A stretch of 64,000 bases of DNA from Azolla caroliniana. Its lineage: Eukaryota; Plantae; Polypodiophyta. The notes under the pieces are model-generated. The model was not told the origin of the DNA, ran no database searches, and saw only the letters and a program-made list of their open reading frames with translations. Every line of letters starts with the position of its first letter. Positions within the stretch are counted from its first letter, which is position 1. The stretch spans positions 10,478,001 to 10,542,000 of the forward strand of contig JBHGNT010000015.1 of the NCBI GenBank assembly GCA_043228905.1, in the 5' to 3' direction. This document shows positions 35,001-46,900 of this stretch, piece by piece. A program made the translations under genes and the position numbers.

Positions 35001-38000
35001 CATGTTGTGTAGTCAGCGTTCTTTGAGTGGGGTCGATTTTCTTGTGCGTCGTTGATGTAGCTCCAATACCCTTGGCCAACAAGGTATTGGGTCATCTTGT
35101 ACTCCCAAGATGAATAATTGCTCCAGTCTAGCTTTTCACTAAGGAGCGAGCTACCCATTTGTGTGTTCATTTTAATGAAGTGTCTTCCGTTTTGCTTTTC
35201 TTCCTTCGATCACATACTCGTGCTACGTAGCGGCACTACGGTACCGGATAGCCGGAATTTGTCATCGACGTTTTGAACACACAATTATGAAGAGGCGGAT
35301 GGGCTTAGTGGATGTGCTAAACCACACGCTCTGATACCATGTGTGAGAGGAAGAGAGAGAGGAAGATACACTTATGTACAACACAAGATGGGGGATGAGT
35401 AACTATATTAAATTAGCATTATCATCATCAAATATAAAAATACCTATATTGAGGTATATATAGATCTCATGTGCAAAGGTGCACATGTGTGAGGATAATA
35501 TAGGTACAAAAGTGTATATATTAAATGTACTCTAGAGTGGAGGATCTAGAATATCCCATGTAAGTATAAGGTCCTATTTAAGGCGTTATAGTCAACCCTT
35601 CTAACTAGATTCTATCTAGGTAACTACGAAGTTACATGGTTGACTAACAAACTAAAGTAAGTTGAGCTTGATCTCTCAACAACTTTCACCAACTGTGAGA
35701 AATTAGTTAACGTAAAGACAAGTGACAAGTGCAATTGTCCTGGGCTAAATATTCCCTTTCAACCTTGTAGAAAACCTTTTGAAGACAACCTTTCACAATA
35801 CCTTATATCACGATATTTGTGTGAGATCAATTCAGGGTGATTCTGTATATTCTGTCTAATCTATCTTATGTAACACCTTTCATTTTAATTCAAATAATTT
35901 TGGGCACCTCTAGATCGCAGATTCATTTGATTAAATGGACATGTGTTCCATTCCATACTTATATAGAACTTTAAGACTGCTCTTGCTTCTGGATTTAACT
36001 AGAAATGAATCTTAGCAGGAACGACAGTTTGAAGTATTGCACAAGGAATGGGAAAGAAAAAATGGCCAGTTTATTGCCCGAGAAGAAATTCTGAACCTCC
36101 AAGAGCAAACACTCAAGTCAAGGGAGGAAAATTTCAAAGTAATCTTGTACCCAAAACTACGATCAGAATTAAATGCATGGGTTCTAAATGAGATTATTGT
36201 TCTGCATTCAAATCAATGAGAGTTTAATTGTGGGCTTGATAGTGAGTACTAATTTTGGTATGACAGCAACTAGGGCTATGCCTCAACGAGGGAAACGGGC
36301 AAAAACATGATTCTGCAGTAAATTCGCACCCAGCAATGATCAAAGAGATGGTGAGAATATGAATATTGCTTTAGATTGCTTTATGTATTCTGGTTATCAA
36401 TTTACTAATGATAGATACTAATGATGCATCAAGTTTGCATTGTGGTTATGAATTAACTGAATGACAGATACCAAGGAGACATCACGTTTATTTCTTAAGC
36501 GGGAATGCAATATAAAATATGAACATTGCTTGTAGCCTTGGTATGATGTTTTGTGTTTAGTACAGGAATGTTAAAACAATTCCCCATGGAGAGTCTAGCA
36601 AATTAACAGTCCTACATTTATACATAGTCCACCTATCGTATCCAGATACTTGACACTAGAATGATCAATGGCATCACCTCTATATGACATTCGTTTGATG
36701 TTAGGTTCAAAATTTAATTCCATCAAGAAATGGAGTGCTTTGTGGACTGTATAATCGAGGAATAGAAAAATACATAATCTAACCAAATCCCATTGTAATC
36801 AAAGTGTCTGTTGTTGTCACAATGATTCTCTGAGGACTGGAATATTTTATGTTTGTATATCATCAAACCTCAGATATGGGCTATTTTAAATGCATGATAA
36901 ATCTAGGAATCGAAAAGTACATAATCTAGCATCCTGACCTTACCACCCCAGGTAATGAAAATTGTATCAGTGTCAATTGTCATCTCAGTGATTCTCCTAC
37001 GACTCACCTTGTTTGAGGAAGTTAAGATGGAGTTCCCTTTATGATCCACATCAGAGATTCGCAATCAATATCTACAATAGGAATCAACAACCTCCCACCT
37101 AAAGAAAGGCAACATGCTTTGAGAGGAGAAAGGATCGACGAAGTTTAAGCGTGTACAAAATTGAAATACATATATCTATTCAACTTCCATCATTTGTCGG
37201 CAGGTAGCAAACCACTCTGCTGGAAGCCTCTTTGTGGGAATATCTGTTGGATTATCATCTGTATGCACTTTGACAAGCTCAATGGTCTTGCTGTCGAGTA
37301 CATGTCTGATGACCTGATATTTCAATTGTATGTGCTTCGTCTTTGCATGAAAGACAGGATTCCATGCTAGCATGATAGCGCTTTGACTGTAACAATGAAG
37401 AACAGGTTTCTCTACAATGATAAATCCATAAAGCCTCCTTGCATGCCTCAATGACAGCCACATACTCTGCCTCTGTAGCCTGGCGATCCAAGAGACTGCT
37501 TGAAGTGAACTTTCTGCAGTCGAAATGACCAGCATAGTCTGCATCCGTAAAGCCAATGGCAGATGCCTTCTGATTTCCAAAGTAGATGCACAAATCCTTG
37601 CACCTTTAACGTATATCATATAACCTTTCATTGCTTCCCAATGCTTTTTGCCAGGGTTTTTCACGTACATGCCAACCACTCCCACTGCAAAAGCAATGTC
37701 ACGACATGTAGCAACGATAGCATAAATCAAACTGCCAAAAGCTGAAGCATATGGAATCTTGGCCATGTTAACCTTTTCATCATCAGTTGTAGGGCTGTCT
37801 TCTGCACTGAGTTTCATACTATTTTTCTTTTCGGGGGATCCCATAATCTATGCCACATCTCACCCTCATCACCCTATCCAAGGAAAATACATTGACAAGA
37901 ATTTGGCTCAAGTTTGCTGTGTATCAATGTACACAAAAGCCTCACAGTCAAATACTTACAGGTGAGCATCTGAAGTTTGCTTGCTCAATCATGCTTCTTG

Positions 38001-41000
38001 AGTGATTCCTCCCCCCAAAGACCTGTTTCTGTCATAACAGGGTCTGCCCAAAAACCATGGGGTAATGCAGCATGAGAGAGCACAGTACAAGCTTTGCGCT
38101 GTATAGTCTCAATTCATGGGCTCTGCAACTCCATTTTGGGGCCGATTTTCAGGGGTTGTATGTAAGCTTCCTTTTTATCCATTTGCTGTCACAAAATACC
38201 TGCAAGGCCTTGGACACATATCCCCAACCAAGATTTTTTTAAACTTGTCCAACACTTTGTCTTTGCTATGAATAGGGTGAAGCCATACCTTCCGTGTAGC
38301 ATCATCAACAAAAGTGACAAAATATTTTTTTGCTTCTAAAGATAACTCCGGTTTTTGAAATACATCTGAATGTATTAACTCTAGAAGAGAAGATTCTAGC
38401 AAAAGAGACCTTTTATGAGAAATCTGAACATGTTTCCCAACAAGGCAATACATGGAGGAGATACAAAGTATCACTTTTACAATTACCGGCAATAACTCTA
38501 GATAACTTACAGATCTTCCATTTCCCATTGCCCAAGGTGATGGAAAACGGAAGATGAAGGCGCTGCGAAGATGAGCAAAGCAGCAGCAGCGGAAGAAGAG
38601 GGGTAGAAACCGAGGTGACTCTGTTCCTGAGAGGAAGAGATGAGTAATCAATAACAGGTATCAATTATCATCTTCTTCACAATGTTTTCCCTACGGCTGT
38701 CTTGGCTAAGTAGTGCCCTAGATAGATTGCTAGACTGTTATTGATTGCTCATCTAGTAGTGCTCCATATAAAAGATAATGTCATCTAGCTTTCCTGTGCC
38801 GTTAATCAAGCTCTTCTTGAGCCGAGGTACATGCCATACATGCTGAAGTGTGAAGATAGAAACATACTAGAAGTGTACCTTCACAGTGTCAATACCTGCA
38901 ATGTGACATGCATCAGTTCTCCCCAGGATTGACAACACCATGTCGACCTGTTGCTGAGGAGTGATGTGAAAAGCACCTAAATGGAGAATCCAAGTGTGCA
39001 TGTCACCATTCATATCTGCAAGTAAAGCATGTTATAGTATGAAGAGACGAAGAGAATGGCATTCCCACAACGACATTCAACTCTCTAATTTTAACACTGC
39101 TCTTCTTAGGTTGACTCTCTTTCATATCCTGTCCTTATCTCATCTGCCTTGCCGTTTCCTTTCTCTTTCTTCAATTTGTAGCAGTCACATTTAAAGTGAC
39201 CCTTCTTGGTACAATGATGGCATTTAACATCTTTACCATGTGAATTACTATGGCCTTTGCTATCGGATTTGCCTCTTTGTTGTGACCTGGCCCTAGTATG
39301 CAAAGCAGGGGAGGACGTACTGCCTGCATTTTTCTGCTAATTCATCGCTTCCATGAGTAGAAAACTGTTTACATCAACATACAAAAGCATAGCATTTGAA
39401 TTGCTCGTGGTAGTCCTAAAGATATCCCAACTCTTTAGCAAAGTGCACAAAAAAATGGCCTTTTAACTCATCATCAATGACGAACTTTGAGGGCAACTAG
39501 CTGGCGAAACATAGAATTAAACCGACTAAGTGAGTTGACATGGGTATGCCTTCTTTCATGCGCAAATCCATAAGCTTTTTCATCCAATAAACTTTGCTAT
39601 CTACATTCTTCTGGACATAGAATTCTTTGAATCTAGCTGAGATTGCAGAGGCAGAGTCCAAACCTTCAATATTAAACAACAAGGCATCAAAGATCCCAGT
39701 GCAAGCTCGTTCAACTCCTCCCAGTCAACTTCACCCATATCTGTAGGCATTACTCCCTTTCCTTTATTGGCTTTGCCTACTTCTTTTGCCATTATAGCAT
39801 TGTAGGATATTGTGTGCACCCTCAAGCTTCTTGATGTGCATGAGATGGCATGAAAGTGACTAAAAAATCAGCAAATGCAGGCCCCGACCCCATAACTCTT
39901 GTCAATGTGTAACGGACTTGCTTGCAAAGAACCTATGGGAACAAAACGTTATGAACTGCAACACGCTGCCTGTCTCCTGCCTGCGTTACTTTAGTGAGCT
40001 GTGCTAACTGTCACCTGATCTAAAAATGTGGCCCACCAGGCTGACATTCAGTTGCGTTGAAATGTAACCTGTTGTGATGACTGTGAAGTGCACTAGAAAG
40101 GTGACCTTCACAAGAAACGTGACCTATCATGCTGACTGTAACCTGCTCTGATACCAGTTTGAAGGGAGCTGACAGCAGATTACGGCACCACTAGACCACA
40201 CACATACACACAAAGACATACACAAGAGACAGACAACTACATTGGCAGCTATAGAGAGATGCACAAACTTTTCTTTGTTTTTGGGGTGTCTTTACTTTAG
40301 GTTTATATATATAGGAGGTTAAAGTGTGTTAAGGATATGTTCACATCTGTGCACTAATAAAAGGCATGATGGCCCTTTATTCCCAACAGATCACGACTAG
40401 TTAGACCGTGGTCATGTCACCCTTCTCACCAACAAATAAAGGCCATTGTCACCCAGCACCAAAGGTTCTTCCCTTGTTTCAGATATCTCTTCATTTTGCA
40501 GTGGTGAATGTTGGAGATTTTTTTAATACAAAATTTTAGGTCTAAAGTTTAGAATCAAGGTCTTATATATGTAGATTCTTTAGTAACATATTTGTATTTA
40601 ATCTGGTTTTTTGATATCAAAGACAAGAAAACATTGGAAGATGTAATCTCTAGTTTGGTCTTAGAGGTCATTTTGGCCTCTTTATTTCTTTCGTTCTTAA
40701 CTTCACTTGTGCAGCTGAATTAGCATGATCAGTCATACTGAATACAATTGAGCAGAAGCCCATGCATTGACTAGTTTCTCTATCCATCTCACCAGGCTGA
40801 TGTCCTGTAACATGAGTTCTACTTTTGCACTCTAACCAAACGGTCTGGCTATATGTAAGCGTGATGTACCATAGATGTAGCATGTCCCTTGATTTTAGTG
40901 GGGAGTTGAACAATATTTAAAGATGGTAAATCAATGTACCAGGAGTTTTGTTTCATGAATGGTGTCTGAAAGCTTATTTCCCTTTAGTTCCTTTGTATCA

Positions 41001-42849
41001 GCCCTTGTATGGTTTGGTTCCATGAGTAATTTCCTGCTCTCTTGGTACAATAGATGTGCATATATGTTTTTAAAGTTCTTCATCCAAGTTCAACAGGAAT
41101 ATTTACATGCTTTTCAACATAAACAATTGATTTCTTGCAGCATGGAAATTGTAGTAATGATGCAGAATTTCTCAATAGACAGACTACGGGACACACTTGC
41201 AATCTGGCTACTGAACCTCGATTCGAGAGAAAGAAAAACTCTAAGACAGAAAGCTCAGCAGAAATATTAACAATAGAAATGCTTCAACAGGAGTTTGCAC
41301 GAATCATCAAAGAAAGGGATAATCTTAAAGTACAACAGCTTGAACTGGTAAGAGAAGCACTGGCTGTGTGAGAGTACAAATCCTGACATGAAATGCATAA
41401 TGTTGTAAATCTGTGTTTTTTCTTACCTCAGGAACAGACAAAGTATGAAGTTCAGGATGCCAAATTGACATTAGCTGCTCAATTGAGGGCTACAAAAGAG
41501 ATGGTAGTCGATGCATCAATCACAGCACAAAGAGCTTCCAGGTGGATTATTGACAGTATATCTTAATACTCCACTCATTTATGTGTGCTAAATTGCTTTC
41601 CAATGAGAACAGTGAGAAACTTGCTAATGCGTTCGCAATTGCACCACACAGAGAACGAGAGGCATTAGAACAAGAAAGGAGGCGCCTAGGAAATGCTCAG
41701 AAAGAAATCGAGGCTGTATTGGCAGCTCGTGAAGCAAAACTTTCCATGGAAGAGAGAAATCTTGAGAAAGAAAAACATTTCCTGGAGAAAGAGCGAGAAC
41801 ATGCTTTGAAAACTATCTATAAAGCTGAGCACATGAAAAAGCTTGTAGACACTGTAGAAAGGAACGGGAACGGAGCAACCTATCCAGAACGTCTGGATGT
41901 AGCTAAAGCAATGCATGGGAGAGAATATAATCATCCTTTGAGTGAGCAATGTTTAAAAGTACGCCAAAATCTAAGCACAGGTGTACACCATTCAAAGGTT
42001 CCGTCAGGTCTGGAAATGATCTCTCTATGGAGAGACAAGGAGTGTGCCAAAATAGAGAGAGAAGAAAAGATGATAATGGATGAGATAAGCAGGCAGCATA
42101 ACCAGCGTCAAGATGAAATGAAGACATCAGGAATAAAGAACTTATCTAACGAATTAGAGCTTACAGGTTTTTCAGATTGCAGGGCTGGAAATGATAGATA
42201 CAGTCTATATACGGGTAATCATCATCGTTCGGAAGCTTTGGAATCACCATGTCAAGAATCATGCGATGACTTTTATGGACAAGTTTCTGATGAACAAATG
42301 GATGTGTTCCTCTATGGGAGTGAAAACACATATTTAAAAGACATGAAGGAGCATAATGACAGTATGTACACTAATTATGAAGCTTATGAAGATGCTACCT
42401 CAAATCGTACGAGGCTCGAAAGCATGATGCAAAGCCTTCTGAATGCAAGGGAAGTAAGCAGGAGCAGACTGCAAAGGGCAAATAATTTGATTCAGACATT
42501 ACCTTCAGGAGGGTGTATAGTTTCAGATGTTCAGCAAGCCTTGGATACTCTAACGGATCGTTTGATTATGATGGAGCAGATGGAAGAGGAGCTCACCAAT
42601 GAGCTAAAAGAAACTTACCGAGCTGTGCTTCCAGATTCTGAAGTCATTCTTGTAGACAAGGTTGAGCTTCTATGCAAAATGGAAGAGCAGCAAACGTTAA
42701 GGGCAGAGTGGGAAAAGGACATGCAGTCTCAATTAGAGAAGATAAGCATTAATTCTCAATCATCTTCATGCTTCAGTACTCCTATCAAACGCACCGTCTT
42801 TGATCGCCTTGTTAGCCCGCCTTCTAATCATAAGCACCCAAACAGCTGA
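17015..42849 (+). CDS. Host gene: long coiled-coil protein (~1240 aa) of unknown function; exons 17015-17095, 17686-17751, 20968-21107, 21354-21414, 22450-22611, 24122-25126, 28349-28636, 31009-31206, 36016(or 36019)-36138, 36267-36350, 41141-41347, 41432-41541, 41652-42849
   Basis: E/K/Q/R-rich heptad ORFs on one strand joined by phase-compatible splice sites. Two apparent lesions: a GA donor at 21415 and an in-frame TGA at 28361. Small exons are less certain. Confidence 0.72.
19200..20150 (+). mobile_element. Decayed Ty3/gypsy (chromovirus-like) 3' fragment with probable LTR remnant
   Basis: Broken integrase-end motifs (GKCTKFSR..YCGP), chromodomain-like DATWNE, and a purine tract GAAGCAAGGGAG at ~19695 followed by LTR-like sequence. 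Boundaries approximate. Confidence 0.5.
20151..20406. repeat. Tandem duplication, ~127-bp unit x2
   Basis: CTCGGGCCTGAGGTTCATTGGCTGTT...CAGAGGCTCG occurs twice. Confidence 0.9.
21478..22313. repeat. Intronic tandem duplication, ~417-bp unit x2
   Basis: ATTAGAATATCTATATGAAGAAATTCACAAT...GTCCTGGTACATAATGCATA starts at ~21478 and ~21895. Confidence 0.88.
25960..26403 (-). mobile_element. Degenerate LINE ORF2 fragment
   Basis: SYTYL..TFS and FDKLVKPTLFCGEEIWG resemble the post-RT region of plant LINEs. A related fragment (SYAYLGVTFKGPWFS) lies at ~19075-19160 on the + strand. Confidence 0.5.
31872..35681 (-). mobile_element. Internally deleted Ty1/copia element (gag-PR-IN; RT/RNase H absent) in a host intron
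   Basis: LTRs 31964-32291 and 35340-35681. PBS TGGTATCAGAGC (minus strand, 35328-35339); PPT next to 32292. Gag EKLDWSNY, protease WFVD, integrase ORF 32412-33755. 5-bp TSD ACTTT at 31867-31871 and 35682-35686. Confidence 0.88.
37176..40434 (-). mobile_element. Old, highly degraded copia element in a host intron
   Basis: RNase H remnants (PYASAFGSL, HAKTKHI, TDDNPTDI), integrase remnant (FVTFVDDATRKVW), gag zinc knuckle (CHHCTKKGHFKCDC), PBS at 40145-40156. Ends uncertain. Confidence 0.75.
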
Positions 42850-43361
42850 TTTTCTATGTGACACTGGATTTGTTGGATACATTGTCCTAAAAGGGTATCG
42901 CTATAAACGCTATAAACACCACCTCCGCTTCTTATTGTAAACTTGTTTAAATAGCTTGTATATTATTGAATTTCTTTGGCCATCATCTCTGTCTTCTATG
43001 TATAACCAACATTAGAGTATTTGGTCTTCAGTTTTTTGTCACTTGCTACTAACTACACATCATGATGTATTAAGTGTTTCTTTATATGTTTAATATGGTG
43101 GTTTGAGGACCCTAAATTTATACAAATGTGATAAGTTGGAGACATGTACCCATATTTTGCTACGGTTTAAGCCCATGTGATTGTAACTACAAATTCTGAC
43201 CAAGAACCTTGTGAACTATTACATCAAGATGGATATGTATCTATGTAACTATCTAGAGAAAAATCAAATGGTTCACTATGATATGTATATGAAATCATTT
43301 CTGATATACGTTCTCGTAACAAAAGAAGTTATCGAGTGATCACACTTTTTGACTGGCCAAG

Positions 43362-43514
43362 TAGGAGTCAGCATCGGCCCAACTCAAGCTAGAATTGAGT
43401 TTGACTGTTCAACTCAACTCAGTTCAGGCATGAGCTTCATTAACCTATTTGAGCCTGGTTCAGTTTGGCTTGAGCACTAGCAAACCGATTTGGCCAAATG
43501 ATTGTCAATTCCTA
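43362..43514. mobile_element. Possible decayed hAT-type MITE remnant
   Basis: TAGG...CCTA ends with CTCAA/TTGAG/GGCTT/AAACC motifs like the hAT subterminal repeats; no clear TSD. Confidence 0.35.
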
Positions 43515-43999
43515 CAAGTAAATGTAAACGGTTTTGCTCTCAAGAGATACATATAATGGTTTCTATGTTTAGAGCACATACATGCACACACAACTACATA
43601 TATGTTAGTAGCACATAATGGCGTTGTATAGAGATGTCGCATCACGACAAGAATACAGAAGCTCATGTATGATTGCACCCATATGCCTATAATACATTAT
43701 GGTGTTGCACCACGATGTCACCTATAAAACAACACAAAAGTACATGTTAAGATGGTGACACGTTCCATAAAGATGCCATGATGAATCCATAGAAATACAA
43801 CCACACCAAACGTAAATGCCAACACATGACACACAAAGGAACGAAAATTTGAGCTTGGGTAGTACACATGTAATTGTAACTCATAATTAAAGAAAAGATA
43901 TGAAGAGAGATAACAGAAAACATGAAAAAAAAAGTATATTCTAATACCAATAATTAGAGGCTAACTAATAAATAAGAATAATGAAATTTCTTCCAGGGA

Positions 44000-46900
44000 C
44001 AAATCTACAAATATGTTTCTGGTGTGCCTATAAAGCCTTTATATTTGTAAATAGTCTTAAAGTCATATAAGTATAAATATGACTTAGGGCAATCACTCTT
44101 ATGAGGTGTGGTTGTCAGTTATTATCATTTTGTTGTATATATATAGAGAGAGAGAATTTTCTGTTGTAACCGCCAGTTGGCGAAGACATAGAGCTCGAGG
44201 TCATTGCCTCTAAGTCTCATATTGTACCCCCTCTTCTTGTAGTGATAGTTGGAGATTATGGGCTCTCGTGGTTTTGCCCTATTAGGGTTTTCCACGTAAA
44301 CATCCTTTGTCGTCTCTTCAGCGTAAGCGTACGAACCTCCATTTCTGTTTTGTTCTTTCATAGAGTGTAAGGCTCGGTTGTGGCCGAACTCCATTCTTCA
44401 CAATCTGGTATCAAAGCGAACAAGAAAATGGAAGAGTCATTCGGAAGCATGTTCAAGCTCATCGGCTCCAACTACCCAGTGTGGAAGTCGAAAATGAGGG
44501 ACATGCTCGTGGTCAACGATCTCTGCCTACCGGTACAATTCGGGGATAAGAAATCAAACAAGATCGATGCCACGACATGGGAGATGATGCACATGAAGAC
44601 AACGGCATACATTCAGTGCTTCATCGACATGAGGTTGTACAACAACTTTAATGAAGAAAGTAAGGATCATGTGCTCTGGGAGAAAATCGGCACCATGCTA
44701 GAGAGTAAAAACGTCGTCAATCGGGTTTCGATATTCTGGAAGTTAGTGAGACTCCGGTACCAGGACGGATCTAGCATGGCAAAGCAAATGAATTCATTCC
44801 AGGGACTCATAAATCAAACAACTTCGCTTGAAGTACCTCTGGCCGATGAGGTACTTGCATTACTCCTTCTCGGTTCCCTCCTGGATAGTTGGGAGACGCT
44901 AGTTGTCACTTTGGGCAACGCTGGGCTGGAAGGAAGCAATTGTCCCTAGCAAGGGTAAAATCAAGTTTGCTGAATGAAGAAGCTTGCCGAAAGGACCAGG
45001 AGTCCGGAACCGATCCGAAAGCCTTGGTCACGGAAGATGACCAAAATCGGGGAAGAGGCCGAAATCAGAGTCCCCAATACTAGGATAAGCCAGGGGGAAG
45101 CCAGGACAAGGTCAAAGTCAAGGGGGAGGCCTACTTGCTTCTACTGTGGGAAGTCGGGGCACTTCCAGAAGAACTATCGACATTTTCGGAAAGAAAAAGG
45201 GGGCGACACCACTGATTTGAAGAAGAGTTCGGACTGAAATGGTTCGAACAAGAGAGTTCCGGATTGGAAAGTGTAGAAACAAATAGCGTGCGGAAGCAAT
45301 AGAAAACAGAAAACAGAAAACAGGTTTAATGGAGAACTTAACAGTACGCGGGAGAGACAAAGAGAGAGAGAGCACAGAAACTTAATTCAAAAAATACTAC
45401 TCAGTCTGTACACAGTCTGTTCAGTGAACACTTTTATACAAGTCCATACGGACTGACAGAAGTACGGTGTACTTCAATGCTCACACGAGCGTCTGACACT
45501 AACTACGAGATATTAACTCCCTAGTAGACTAGCTGTTACTTGGCCTCCGGTTACTGCTTGATCCAGCTAACCGACTCCCCAGCTCACCGGCTCACCGATC
45601 CGGCTGATCCTTCTGGATGCCGATCCGGATCCGGTTGAGCTTGCCGCTCAACACTCCTCCTCAAGCTCAACTTGAGTTCGGATCGTAGTGTCAGTCTCCA
45701 TGGCAGCCGGTCCATCCACCCGGCTCCTTTTGGCGTCACTCCGCCTTATTCGCGCTCCTCGTCCGGTCCCATCCCGTTTGCTGCGACCCTTCTGTTCCTG
45801 CGCACCTCGACTTCCTTGGTCAACTTGTCTACTCAACATGCCCAATTCAGCTCCCTCGCTACCCCGACTTCGGCGCTTGTCGACCCGCCGATTCCTTCAT
45901 GTTGGCGTCGACTTTTGTTGCCATCTCGTCCTCTTGGCCTTGACTTGATCTGGTTCTTCCGAATCCTTCTATAGAAACGAATCGGCTGCTTCCGATTCGT
46001 TCCAGCTCTTGTCCGAATCAGTTGCTCCCGATTCTTCTTCCGATTCCAGACCCTTCTCCATATCTGACCATGTCCAGGTCTTGGCCTTCTTCTTCCGGTC
46101 GGCTCTATCCTTGTTGATTCTGCCTCCGCTGCCACTTGTTCCGACTTGTTCGGATGTGTCAACTTCCTTTGTCGACTCGGCTCCTTTCTTCTTCTTGTCT
46201 CTCCCTTTATCGGTTCTTCCCTCACCGGCACAATCGGCAGTCTCTTTGCCTTTGCCTGTTCCGACGTCTTTACCCGTTCTCCCCCTCAAGTGTGGCATGT
46301 CGAGATGCTGAACACCAAGCATTTCGGTGAAGTGCTACAACTTGTCTGATCCGAGTGGTTTGGTGAAGATGTCGGCAACTTGCCGATCCGTATGAACATA
46401 CCGAAGTTCAACTGCACCGCTCAGGACACGCTCACGCACGAAGTGGTAGTGCACTTCTATGTGCTTTGTGCAAGCATGGAATACAGGGTTCTTGATGTTG
46501 TCACAGTAGATTAGGATCGGGGTTGGCACCTCGATCCGCAGGTCCTGCAGCAAACGCCGAAGCCAAATGGCTTCACAAGTGGCAACGGTAGCACCCCGAT
46601 ACTCAACCTCAATGCTCGATAGAGCCATTGTTGGCTGCTTTTTTCTGTTCCACGCAACAGTTGCGCTACCAAGGGAAAACATATATCCGGAGGTGGATCG
46701 GCGATCCGATACATCGTCGGCCCAGTCGGCATCGGTGTAGCCGACTAGCTCTTCGGTTATACCATGCCGGTATAACAATCCTCAGTCCTTCGTGCCTCTC
46801 ACATACCACAGTATTCGGTGCACGCATTGAAGATGCTCTACAGTCAGCTTCTGCATGAATTGGCTAATCACACCGACCGAATATCTGATGTCGGGTCGGG

